Shown piece by piece: positions 1 through 8,097 of a DNA stretch of 64,000 bases. Origin of the DNA: Dehalococcoidia bacterium (GTDB lineage Bacteria; Chloroflexota; Dehalococcoidia; Lucifugimonadales; CBDCYU01); assembly GCA_965224345.1 (NCBI GenBank), contig CBDCYU010000003.1:905748-969747 (forward strand), in the 5' to 3' direction. Every line of letters starts with the position of its first letter. Within the stretch, counting starts at the first letter, position 1. A program made the position numbers and the translations under genes. Below the pieces are notes generated by a model. That model made no database searches. It was not told the DNA's origin and saw only the letters and a list, made by a program, of their open reading frames with translations.

Positions 1-293
1 AGGCGCAGCTGGAGCGGTCCGTCTCCTTCGTAGTGCCCCTGGCGATCATCGTCTTTGCCATAACCGGGATTTCCACCGCGACCCTTTCGCGGAGCTCGTT
101 TACAAACCGGTGGTGGCTGACAGCCCTGGCTCTTCTCGTTGCCGTTGGTGTGGGCATCGGACTGATGGGGCAGGGGGACCAGAAGAGCGGGAGGCTGACC
201 CTCCCTCCCCGCACCGAGCTCTCGGCGGAGAGTGGGACTTGGGCCCGCGGGACTAGAGAGTCTACAATGGTAGTCGAAAGAGAGGTTGGTTAG
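1..293 (+). CDS. 3' end of a hypothetical membrane protein (partial, runs off window start)
   Basis: Frame open from nt 3 to TAG 291-293. Two hydrophobic helices (PLAIIVFAITGISTA, WWLTALALLVAVGVGIGLM). No family recognised. Confidence 0.3.
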   Translation, partial: AQLERSVSFVVPLAIIVFAITGISTATLSRSSFTNRWWLTALALLVAVGVGIGLMGQGDQKSGRLTLPPRTELSAESGTWARGTRESTMVVEREVG

Positions 294-1132
294 TGGGAGC
301 TGTTCTCGCACCATTTAAGGCAGCAGCATGGTCCGTCGGTATAGCGGCGCTTCTGGCTCTCACCCTGGCGGGCTGCGGAGACTCCAACGACTCCACGGGA
401 GGTCCAGGAGCCACAGGCGACACCGCTCCCACTGGGGCCGTGGCGCCGTCGCCCGAAGCTACCCCGGCCCCCGCCACGGCCACGGCTCCGCCGGCTCCTG
501 ACCCTACCTCTGTTGCACCCAGCCCGACCCCAGCAACAGCCACTCCCGCGCCCGATCCGACGCCGGACCCTGGCAGCCGGCGCACGGCTGGGAGCTACGA
601 TGGGATCACCTTCGTCGTGGGCGAGGGCGAGGGCTCCGAGGCTACATTCACCGTGGAGGAGCAGCTGGCGCGTCTCCCCGCGCCCATCGACGCGGTTATG
701 CGCACGACGGCCCTCTCCGTCGAGGTGCACCTCGACGGCCGCCCTTCGACCATCAAGATCGACCTCCAGGGCCTCAGCAGCGATCAGCAGTACAGAGACA
801 GGTACGTCCGCACGCAGATGTTCGGAAGCCACAGGTTCGCCACCTTCACCGCCGGCGACGTGGGCGACCTGCCCGAGGAGTTCACCAGGGGAGAGGTCGC
901 CACAGGCTCCGGTACGGGACAGCTGGAGATCCGAGGTATCACCGTGCCCCTTGCCCTGGAGATCGAGGCGAGGGACGACGGCGACGTCATCAACATCATC
1001 GGACGGACCACCTTCACCTGGGACGAGTTCCAGATCCCCGTGCCCAGGGCGAGGTCGGTCGTGTCGGTCGAGGACGAGGTCAGGGTGGAGGTGCTGCTGG
1101 TGGTGCGCCCTCAGGGGAGCTCCCCTCCCTAG
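293..1132 (+). CDS. YceI-like domain lipoprotein with Pro/Thr/Ala-rich linker
   Basis: Signal peptide plus lipobox (LTLAGC). About 60 aa of PT-rich linker. C-terminal about 170 aa fits the YceI pattern (RDRYVRTQMFGSHRFATF, GQLEIRGITVPL, FTWDEFQIP). Confidence 0.75.
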   Translation: MGAVLAPFKAAAWSVGIAALLALTLAGCGDSNDSTGGPGATGDTAPTGAVAPSPEATPAPATATAPPAPDPTSVAPSPTPATATPAPDPTPDPGSRRTAGSYDGITFVVGEGEGSEATFTVEEQLARLPAPIDAVMRTTALSVEVHLDGRPSTIKIDLQGLSSDQQYRDRYVRTQMFGSHRFATFTAGDVGDLPEEFTRGEVATGSGTGQLEIRGITVPLALEIEARDDGDVINIIGRTTFTWDEFQIPVPRARSVVSVEDEVRVEVLLVVRPQGSSPP

Positions 1133-1161
1133 CGGCTGCGGCGATCAGGAGCCAGTAGGGC

Positions 1162-2445
1162 TCAGGCCGCGCCCAGGGTCTCGGCCTTGGTGCGGAACTC
1201 CTCCATGTCGATGACGGCGCCCTTGTTGAGGCGCGACTCCTCCGCGGCGAAGGCCATCAGGTGGCCCTCCAGGGCGTGGCGGGCCGAGTTGATCAGCGCG
1301 GGGCCCTCTCCTCGTACGGCCCGCACGAAGGCGTTCAACATGGCTTCGTCGCCGCCGCCGTGGGAGCCCCGCGCCTGGGGAACGATGCGCTCGGATGGCT
1401 CGCCGGGGGCGTGGTCGTAGACGACGACCTCGGGGTCATGGTGGGTGATCCTGGCGGTCATGGTGGCGAGGGTGCCGTCGTATCGCATGGTGCGGCTGGA
1501 GTGGTAGGAGTGGCCGTGCATGATGAAGTTGACGGTTGTCCCGCCCTCGAACTCCATGCTGACGGTCTGGTGGTCGACGACGTCGTTGTCCAGGCGGTAG
1601 ACGCAGCGGCCGTACGGTCCGGTCCGAAGGGCCTCCAGGACGGCCTCGGGGGACAGGTCGATGCTGACGTTGCGGACGAAGGGTTCCATGTACTCTTCCT
1701 GGTAGAGCCTGGGGGCGTAGTGGGGGCATTCGTCCTCGACGGGGCAGCCGTCGGTACACCGGTCGGGCACGTCGGGATGCGGCGCGCGCTCCGGTCGGAG
1801 GTTGAAGAGGGAGCCGAAGGAGGACAGGCGGACGACGCGCCGTCCGAGGATATAGTGGAGAACGTCCATGTCGTGGCAGCACTTGGTCAGGATCATGGGC
1901 GCGGAGGTCTTGCTGTTGCCCCAGTTGCCGCGGGAGAAGCCGTGGGCCATGCGGAACCAGGAGACGTTCTCCGAGTGCTCGACGACGACCACGTCTCCGA
2001 GCCGTCCGGATTGGACGACGTTGCGGACGGTGTTGTAGGAGTCGGCGAACCGCATCGTGTGGCAGACCCACACGCCTCGGCCCAGCCGCTCGGCGGTCTG
2101 GACCAAGCGGACCGTGTCGGCCAGCGTGGTCGCCATGGGCTTCTCCAGCAGCACGTCGTAGCCCCTCTCCAGGGCGGCCATGGTGGAAGGGTAGTGGACG
2201 TGGTCGCTGGAGGTGTTGACCATGAACGGCGCAAGCTGCGGGCGGTCCATCAGGCCCTCCCACGAGTCGAAGCAGAGCTCGTCGGGGATGTCGTGGGCGC
2301 GGGCGAATCGCTCGCGGGCGTCCGGGCGCGGCTCGGCGACGGCGACGTAGCGCATGTTGTCCGGGTGGCGCTGGGCGTAGTCGCCGAAGTGGAAGTAGGC
2401 GCGCCGGCCCGCTCCGACCAGTACCGCGTCTATGGGCGTCGTCAT
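1162..2445 (-). CDS. Gfo/Idh/MocA family oxidoreductase
   Basis: N-terminal Rossmann (AVLVGAGRRAYFH), EKP motif (LLEKPMA), typical length. Contains a CX3CX5C insertion. Confidence 0.85.
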   Translation of the reverse strand: MTTPIDAVLVGAGRRAYFHFGDYAQRHPDNMRYVAVAEPRPDARERFARAHDIPDELCFDSWEGLMDRPQLAPFMVNTSSDHVHYPSTMAALERGYDVLLEKPMATTLADTVRLVQTAERLGRGVWVCHTMRFADSYNTVRNVVQSGRLGDVVVVEHSENVSWFRMAHGFSRGNWGNSKTSAPMILTKCCHDMDVLHYILGRRVVRLSSFGSLFNLRPERAPHPDVPDRCTDGCPVEDECPHYAPRLYQEEYMEPFVRNVSIDLSPEAVLEALRTGPYGRCVYRLDNDVVDHQTVSMEFEGGTTVNFIMHGHSYHSSRTMRYDGTLATMTARITHHDPEVVVYDHAPGEPSERIVPQARGSHGGGDEAMLNAFVRAVRGEGPALINSARHALEGHLMAFAAEESRLNKGAVIDMEEFRTKAETLGAA

Positions 2446-2549
2446 CTCCTCTTGGCCTCCTTGGCGTTCGATGCTTCTCGCCTGAAGCCCCCATCTGGCC
2501 GCAATCGGCCTCTGGTCTACAGTCAGGAGGGTGATCTTCTGACTTCAGA

Positions 2550-2921
2550 TCAAGCCGGCGGCGCCTCGGAAGAGACCAGGCCAATTACGTTGCCGTCTGG
2601 GTCCTTGAACTGCGCGAAGGTTACCATGCCCGGAATGACGGTCACCGGCGCCACCGTCTCGCCGCCAAGCTCGCCAGCCCTTTGCAGCGATGCCTCGATG
2701 TCCTCGACCTGCACGTAGAAGGTCGCTTGGGGTCCGCCGCCGTCCATAGCGGCTCCAATGCCGCCGCCGATACCCTCGCCCTGCTCCTCTACGCTGACGA
2801 TGCCATAGGGGAAGTCGGGCGACGGCTGTACTATCTTCCAATCGAACAGGTCGCGATAGTACTGCTGCAACGACTCGTGGTCCGTACCAACAATCTCGAA
2901 ATGTACAACCGGATTTGGCAT
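2550..2921 (-). CDS. VOC/glyoxalase family protein
   Basis: MPNPVVHFEI start with GGAGAAGG RBS upstream of ATG at 2921. VOC-like pattern (FYRDLFDW, FAQFKDPDGNVIGL). The ORF-track N-extension to 2999 was dropped. Confidence 0.85.
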   Translation of the reverse strand: MPNPVVHFEIVGTDHESLQQYYRDLFDWKIVQPSPDFPYGIVSVEEQGEGIGGGIGAAMDGGGPQATFYVQVEDIEASLQRAGELGGETVAPVTVIPGMVTFAQFKDPDGNVIGLVSSEAPPA

Positions 2922-2934
2922 GCCCTTCTCCTTC

Positions 2935-2984
2935 GGACAGTAGTATACGGACAGTAGTATACTACTGGACAGTAGTATACTACG
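2935..2984. promoter_or_regulatory. Three tandem GGACAGTAGTATAC repeats containing a perfect 16-bp palindrome (candidate operator)
   Basis: Copies at 2935-2948, 2949-2962 and 2967-2980. CAGTAGTATACTACTG at 2952-2967 is its own reverse complement. GTAGTATACTAC recurs at 2972-2983. Lies between the divergent VOC and aapJ starts. Confidence 0.55.
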
Positions 2985-3058
2985 TTCGAGTTGTGCCAAA
3001 CGGGGCCCAGCTCGTCGGAATCCGATAGTGGAAAGTTGAAGAAGTAGGAGGGACCAGA

Positions 3059-4126
3059 TTGAAAGCTGTCAAGACTGTTATTGGGGCCGGTCTGCTGGTC
3101 GTGTTGGCTTTGGCCGTAGCCGCTTGCCAAACCGGCGGTGACGAGGCCGAGGAGTCGAGGCTCGACACGGTGAAAGAGCGCGGCAAGGTCATATGCGCCA
3201 GCCGCAACGACGTGCCCGGCTACGGGTTTCTGGATGGCCAGGGCAACAACGTCGGCTTTGACATCGACCTCTGCCGAGCCCTCGCCGCCGCTGTGCTGGG
3301 TGACTCCAGCGCCATTGAGATTCGCCTGATCACCGCCGCCGAACGCGGCCCGACAGTCCAGTCCGGCGAGGTCGACATGTTGGTCCGGACGGTTACCTGG
3401 ACGACTTCGCGCGACGCCCAGTGGGGAAACTACGCCCAGACGATGTTCTATGACGGACAGGGATTCATGGTCAACAAGAGCCTGGGAATCTCCAGCGCCC
3501 TGGAGCTGGAGGGCGCCAGCGTGTGCGTGACCCAGGGCACCACGACCGAGCTGAACCTGCAGGACTTTTCCAACCAGAACGGCCTGAGCATCAATCCGCT
3601 GACCTTCGAGGACACCGACGCGGTGGTCGCAGCCTACGAAGGAGGGCAGTGCGACGCCTTCACCAACGACCGATCTCAGCTTGCCGCTATCAGCACGGCA
3701 TTTGCCGATAGGAGCGCGCACGTCATCCTGCCTGAGACCATCTCGGAAGAGCCCCTTGGACCGGTGGTCCCCCACGGCGACGATCAGTGGTTCGACATCG
3801 TGAAGACGGTCATGGGCATACTCATATACTCGGAAGCCTACGGAGTGACCTCGAGCAGTGTGCCCACTGCCAAGACCGGCAACACCAAGGTCGACCGCCT
3901 GTTCGGCACGGAGGGCTCGTTCGGGCAGGACAGCTTGGGACTCAGCCCGACCGTGGCCCAAGACGTTATCAAGGCCGTGGGCAACTACGGCGAGATCTAC
4001 GACCGCAACCTTGGCCCCAACGGAGTTAACCTCCCACGGGAGAATGGCCGCAACGCACTGTGGGCCTCAGCTCCCTGCTCAGACTGCCCGAAGGGTGGTC
4101 AGATCTACGCGGCGCCTCTGAGGTGA
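3059..4126 (+). CDS. aapJ: General L-amino acid ABC transporter substrate-binding lipoprotein
   Basis: TTG start 7 nt after AGGAGG. Lipobox LAVAAC. AapJ-type blocks YDGQGFMV, TTELNL, ISEEPLGP, GDDQWFDIV, GNYGEIYDRN, GGQIYAAPLR. Confidence 0.9.
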   Translation: MKAVKTVIGAGLLVVLALAVAACQTGGDEAEESRLDTVKERGKVICASRNDVPGYGFLDGQGNNVGFDIDLCRALAAAVLGDSSAIEIRLITAAERGPTVQSGEVDMLVRTVTWTTSRDAQWGNYAQTMFYDGQGFMVNKSLGISSALELEGASVCVTQGTTTELNLQDFSNQNGLSINPLTFEDTDAVVAAYEGGQCDAFTNDRSQLAAISTAFADRSAHVILPETISEEPLGPVVPHGDDQWFDIVKTVMGILIYSEAYGVTSSSVPTAKTGNTKVDRLFGTEGSFGQDSLGLSPTVAQDVIKAVGNYGEIYDRNLGPNGVNLPRENGRNALWASAPCSDCPKGGQIYAAPLR

Positions 4127-4320
4127 ACGGGCTGAAAGCATGATTCACTCGAGGCCCGTAGTGGCGTAGAGTGGCATAGGGAGCGGCTGGCAGCGCACCA
4201 GCCGCTCCTTTCTCGTTGAATGACCCCCGGCGATCCGGCGATCGGCGGGCGCCCGCGCTTCAAGATGACCGGCGATGTGCTACCATCGGGCACAACACAG
4301 GGCGCACCGAGCAGAGTGCT

Positions 4321-5526
4321 ATGGCCACGATCCGGCAAAATCTAACCTACCAGGGCATTCCAGTCTGGCGGCACGTCCGGGTTCTCCAGTGGACCTCGCA
4401 GATAGTGTCCGGCGTCGTGGCGGTGGCTCTCGTCGCCTGGTTCTTCATCAACATCGGAAACGCCATACAGGAGCGGAGCATCCCCTACGGCTTCGGTTTC
4501 CTGTCCCGCGCCTACCAGACCCCTATCGGCCAGCACTTCCTGCCCTTCGAATCTTCTGACACCTTCCTCTACGCCCTGGGCGTCGCGGCCACGAATACCC
4601 TTATCGTCTCCGTAATCGGCATCGTGCTGGCGATCATACTGGGCATCGTCGTCGGGGTCGCCAGGCTGTCCGGTAACTGGATCGTGTCCAAGATCGCGAC
4701 GGTCTATGTCGAGTTCTTCCGCAACGTGCCGTTGCTGGTGCAGCTGTTCTTCTGGTTCTACATCCTGCTGGCCCTCCCGCAGGTGCGCGAGGGGTATGTC
4801 ATCGCTCAGAGCATATACGTCAACAACGCCGGAATATCGGTGCCGTGGCCCTCCGCCACCAGCGCCGGGGCGGCAGGGCTCTGGATGGCGCTGGCCGCCC
4901 TCGGGGTCGCCTCCGGCGTCGCCGTCCACCGCTGGCAGACTCGCCGTGAATCCCTGACAGGCAAAGCGTCCTATCCTGTGCTCTATGGCTGCGCCGCGGC
5001 GATGCTTGTTGGCGTTGCGGGTTGGACCGCTACCTGGGCGATTCTCGGCGAGCCGCCCTTTGTCATATCCCAGCCCGCTCAGGAGGGGACGTTCGGACGT
5101 ATCAGCGGCGGCTTCACGGCCACGGCCGGTCTGCTGGCCCTTCTGGTTGGCGTCGTCATCTACACCTCTTCCTTCATCGCCGAGATAGTACGCGCCGGGA
5201 TCCAGTCTGTCGGCCGAGGGCAGACGGAAGCGGCCTCTGCGCTGGGGCTGCCGCCGATGAAAGTGCTGCGCCACGTAACCTTCCCCCAGGCTCTTCGCGT
5301 CATAATCCCGCCCCTGATCAGCCAGTGTCTCAACCTGACAAAGAACAGCAGCCTAGCCGGGGCCATTGGCTACACCGACCTGACCAACGTGGCCAAGACC
5401 ATGACACAGACGGCGCCGGCGGTGTCTATCTTCATCCTCATCATGCTGGCCTACCTGGCGATGAGCCTCACCTGGTCGCTGATCGGCAACCTGTACAACC
5501 GCCGCATTCGGTTCACCGAGGGCTAG
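4321..5526 (+). CDS. aapQ: Amino acid ABC transporter permease (AapQ-like)
   Basis: Multi-TM protein. EAA-loop region (QTEAASALGLPPMKVLRHVTFPQALRVIIPPL). ATG at 4321 preferred over the Arg-rich extension from 4216. Confidence 0.9.
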   Translation: MATIRQNLTYQGIPVWRHVRVLQWTSQIVSGVVAVALVAWFFINIGNAIQERSIPYGFGFLSRAYQTPIGQHFLPFESSDTFLYALGVAATNTLIVSVIGIVLAIILGIVVGVARLSGNWIVSKIATVYVEFFRNVPLLVQLFFWFYILLALPQVREGYVIAQSIYVNNAGISVPWPSATSAGAAGLWMALAALGVASGVAVHRWQTRRESLTGKASYPVLYGCAAAMLVGVAGWTATWAILGEPPFVISQPAQEGTFGRISGGFTATAGLLALLVGVVIYTSSFIAEIVRAGIQSVGRGQTEAASALGLPPMKVLRHVTFPQALRVIIPPLISQCLNLTKNSSLAGAIGYTDLTNVAKTMTQTAPAVSIFILIMLAYLAMSLTWSLIGNLYNRRIRFTEG

Positions 5527-5529
5527 ACC

Positions 5530-6777
5530 ATGGCAGCCGAGCCTCGCACAATGCCCGCGCCCGTTCCGCCGCCGCGCTCCGAAGTGGGCGTCGTCGGCTG
5601 GGCGTACGCCAACCTGTTCAACTCGTGGTACAACAGCGCGCTCACCTTCGTGGCCGGAGCCGCGGTCACGCTGGGGTTGTGGTTTGGGTTGAGATGGATG
5701 CTCCTGAGCGCCGACTGGAACGTCATCTCCCAGATCGGGGGGCTGTTCGTCATTGGCCAATACAACACCGACCAGGCGTGTCCAGGGAACAACTGCTTCT
5801 GGAGGCCGCAGGCGGCGCTGCTGTTGGTGACCATGCTGCTGGGGATGGTATGGGTTGCCGCGGGGGGTGGGGTTGCCAGGCGAATCGCCATGATGGTCGC
5901 GGTGGTTGCCGCGGCATTCGCCTTTCTCCCTTACAGCCTCGAGCGGATGGGGCTGGACGTGCGCCTGCTGCTGCTCGCGAACCTGCCGGCCCTGGCGTTG
6001 GGGTGGGCGCTGGCGCGCTACACCTACCTGGGCACGACCCGCTGGATTGCCATACTGGGCGCCCTCACCTTCCTGGTGACCCTTCTGCTGCTGAAGGGTC
6101 TGGAAGGGGTTCCCGGCCTGCAGCCTGTGGCCCTCAACAACTGGGGCGGCCTGATGCTCAACCTGCTGCTGGCGGTGGCGGGCATCGTGCTGAGTATGCC
6201 CATCGGCACCGCTCTTGCCCTGGGCCGGCGCAGCGATCTGCCCATCGTCAAGCTGCTGTGCGTGGTGTTCATCGAGGTGTTCCGAGGCGTGCCGCTGATA
6301 ACCCTGCTGTTCATGTCGCAGGTACTGGTGCCCCTCGCCTTCCCCAAAGACTTTCCCCTGGGCTCCCTGCCCCGCGCCGCCATAGTGATTACGCTGTTCA
6401 GCTCGGCCTACATGGCGGAAAACATACGCGGCGGGCTGCAGGCGCTGCACCCGGGTCAGGCGGAGGCGGCGAAGGCGCTGGGACTGCACGGCTGGCAGAT
6501 TATGCTGCTCATCTCCCTGCCCCAGGCGATACGCAGCGTCATCCCCGCCATTGTGGGCCAATTCATCTCGCTATTCAAAGACACCAGCCTGGTGTACATC
6601 ATCGGCATGCTGGACATAGTCGAGTTCAGCAGAGCATTCATCCAGGGCAATCCCGCGTACCTGGCCAGCGCCAGGGAGCTGTTCATCTTCCTCGCGTTGG
6701 TCTTCTGGATATTCACCTACGGGATGTCGTATGTGAGCGGACGGGTCGAGAGGCACCTGGGCGTCGGTCAGCGCTAA
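5530..6777 (+). CDS. aapM: Amino acid ABC transporter permease (AapM-like)
   Basis: Multi-TM protein. EAA loop (QAEAAKALGLHGWQIMLLISLPQAIRSVIP). Starts 4 nt after aapQ. Confidence 0.9.
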   Translation: MAAEPRTMPAPVPPPRSEVGVVGWAYANLFNSWYNSALTFVAGAAVTLGLWFGLRWMLLSADWNVISQIGGLFVIGQYNTDQACPGNNCFWRPQAALLLVTMLLGMVWVAAGGGVARRIAMMVAVVAAAFAFLPYSLERMGLDVRLLLLANLPALALGWALARYTYLGTTRWIAILGALTFLVTLLLLKGLEGVPGLQPVALNNWGGLMLNLLLAVAGIVLSMPIGTALALGRRSDLPIVKLLCVVFIEVFRGVPLITLLFMSQVLVPLAFPKDFPLGSLPRAAIVITLFSSAYMAENIRGGLQALHPGQAEAAKALGLHGWQIMLLISLPQAIRSVIPAIVGQFISLFKDTSLVYIIGMLDIVEFSRAFIQGNPAYLASARELFIFLALVFWIFTYGMSYVSGRVERHLGVGQR

Positions 6778-6796
6778 CCTATCTTCGGAGGATCCC

Positions 6797-7558
6797 ATGA
6801 CTGTCTACGAGGAAGCGGCAACGGTCGACGACATCATCGTGTGCAGGGACGTCCACAAGTGGTTTGGCGAGTTTCACGTACTCAGGGGCATCACCACGTC
6901 CGTACGCCGGGGTGAGAAGGTGGTGATCCTGGGGCCGTCCGGCTCCGGCAAGTCGACCTTCATCCGAGCCATCAACCGGCTGGAGGAGCATCAGAGGGGG
7001 GACATAGTAGTCGATGGCGTGGAGCTGACCAACGACGTACGGAACATCGAAGCCATCCGAAGGGAGGTCGGCATGGTGTTCCAGTCCTTCAATCTTTTCC
7101 CGCACCTCACGGTGATGAACAACATCATGCTGGCGCCCATAAAGGTCAGGAAGTGGTCGCAGATTGAAGCGGAAGAGGTGGCCAATGCCCTGCTGGAGAG
7201 GGTAGGCATTCCGGAGCAGGCGGACAAGTACCCCTCTCAGCTCTCGGGAGGACAGCAGCAGCGGGTCGCCATCGCCCGGGCCCTTGCCATGCAGCCCAAG
7301 ATAATGCTCTTCGACGAGCCCACGTCGGCGCTGGACCCGGAGATGATAAAGGAGGTACTGGACGTCATGCGAGAGCTGGCCACCTCCGGCATGACGATGC
7401 TGATAGTCACCCACGAGGTCGGCTTCGCCAGGGAGGTGGCGGACCGGGTGTTCATGTTCGACGAGGGAACGATCATCGAACAGGCTCCGCCGAACGACTT
7501 CTTCAACAATCCTCAACAAGAGCGGGCAAAGACGTTCCTCTCGCAGATACTCGAATGA
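6797..7558 (+). CDS. aapP: Amino acid ABC transporter ATP-binding protein
   Basis: Walker A GPSGSGKST, signature LSGGQQQRVAIARAL, Walker B MLFDEPTSALD, H-loop VTHE. Confidence 0.95.
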   Translation: MTVYEEAATVDDIIVCRDVHKWFGEFHVLRGITTSVRRGEKVVILGPSGSGKSTFIRAINRLEEHQRGDIVVDGVELTNDVRNIEAIRREVGMVFQSFNLFPHLTVMNNIMLAPIKVRKWSQIEAEEVANALLERVGIPEQADKYPSQLSGGQQQRVAIARALAMQPKIMLFDEPTSALDPEMIKEVLDVMRELATSGMTMLIVTHEVGFAREVADRVFMFDEGTIIEQAPPNDFFNNPQQERAKTFLSQILE

Positions 7559-7724
7559 GCCCAGGGAGACCTCGATCTGCTTCTTTCCCGGATGCAAGAC
7601 CTCGTCCACCAGCAGTTCGGCATCAATCATGCGACCATACAGCTGGAGCAGTCGGTGACGGCCTGCTCGGAAGACCACCACGTCGACCACATGCTGGCCG
7701 CAGCGCGTCCGGCTAGATGAGGGA

Positions 7725-7756
7725 CCCCTCTCAATCTCACCATGCGAGGGGAGAGG
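7725..7756. repeat. CCCCTCTC...GAGGGGAGAGG hairpin element, copy 1
   Basis: cccctctcaatctcaccatgcgaggggagagg. Shares CCCTCTCAATCT, TGCGAGGG and GAGAGGT with the copy at 10928. Lies downstream of the aap operon. Confidence 0.45.
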
Positions 7757-7816
7757 TAGTTTGGAGGGCGCCTGCCAAGGGGGGGACTCGTTTCCCCGAG
7801 GTTAGGATGGGGGCTG

Positions 7817-7845
7817 TTGACGCTCCCGGGACTCCATGATAGACT
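7817..7845 (+). promoter_or_regulatory. Sigma70-like promoter upstream of the metal importer
   Basis: TTGACG (7817-7822), 17-nt spacer, TAGACT (7840-7845). Confidence 0.4.
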
Positions 7846-7861
7846 GTCGGGAGTTTTGTAT

Positions 7862-7877
7862 CTGATACTGAGTATCG
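7862..7877. promoter_or_regulatory. Inverted-repeat box 1 (GATACT-G-AGTATC), candidate metalloregulator operator
   Basis: ctGATACTgAGTATCg is a perfect 6-1-6 palindrome just downstream of the predicted -10. Confidence 0.35.
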
Positions 7878-8004
7878 TAGTGGTACCCTTCGTCGTACAT
7901 CCGAAGGGCTGCTGCCGCTCACGAAGACTGCGGCTACCGATCTAGGGCCACGAGGCGCGGATAGAGAGCCCCTTGAACCACTGATCCGGGGTTACCGGCC
8001 ACAA

Positions 8005-8020
8005 CTGATACTCAATATCA
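8005..8020. promoter_or_regulatory. Inverted-repeat box 2 (GATACT-C-AATATC)
   Basis: ctGATACTcAATATCa has the same left half and one mismatch. Overlaps a second promoter-like pair: TTACCG, 18-nt spacer, TATCAT. Confidence 0.35.
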
Positions 8021-8097
8021 TACCTGGAGTTGCGGCGTCACGGCTCCAGGTCAGCCCACCCGGCCGGAGCTGCAAGACAAAGGGATATTACTCTGTA

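Noticed and set aside
1261-2718. 485-aa plus-strand ORF, and the 382-aa ORF at 1436-2584, overlapping the Gfo/Idh/MocA gene
   Set aside because: These are antisense or off-frame shadow ORFs typical of high-GC DNA. Their composition is Gly/Arg/Val/His- or Arg/Pro-rich with no recognisable motifs. The overlapping minus-strand frame has clear family motifs.
5022-6800. 592-aa plus-strand ORF and 402-aa minus-strand ORF (5353-6561) across aapQ/aapM
   Set aside because: Arg/Pro/Gly/His-rich off-frame products. The permease frames are hydrophobic with EAA loops.
7880-8000. Possible cobalamin or other riboswitch in the structured leader upstream of the metal importer
   Set aside because: I see local hairpins and a CCACTG string, but not the conserved cobalamin core or B12-box context. 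The downstream SBP is ZnuA-type, not BtuF-type. I cannot support a riboswitch class without a covariance-model search.
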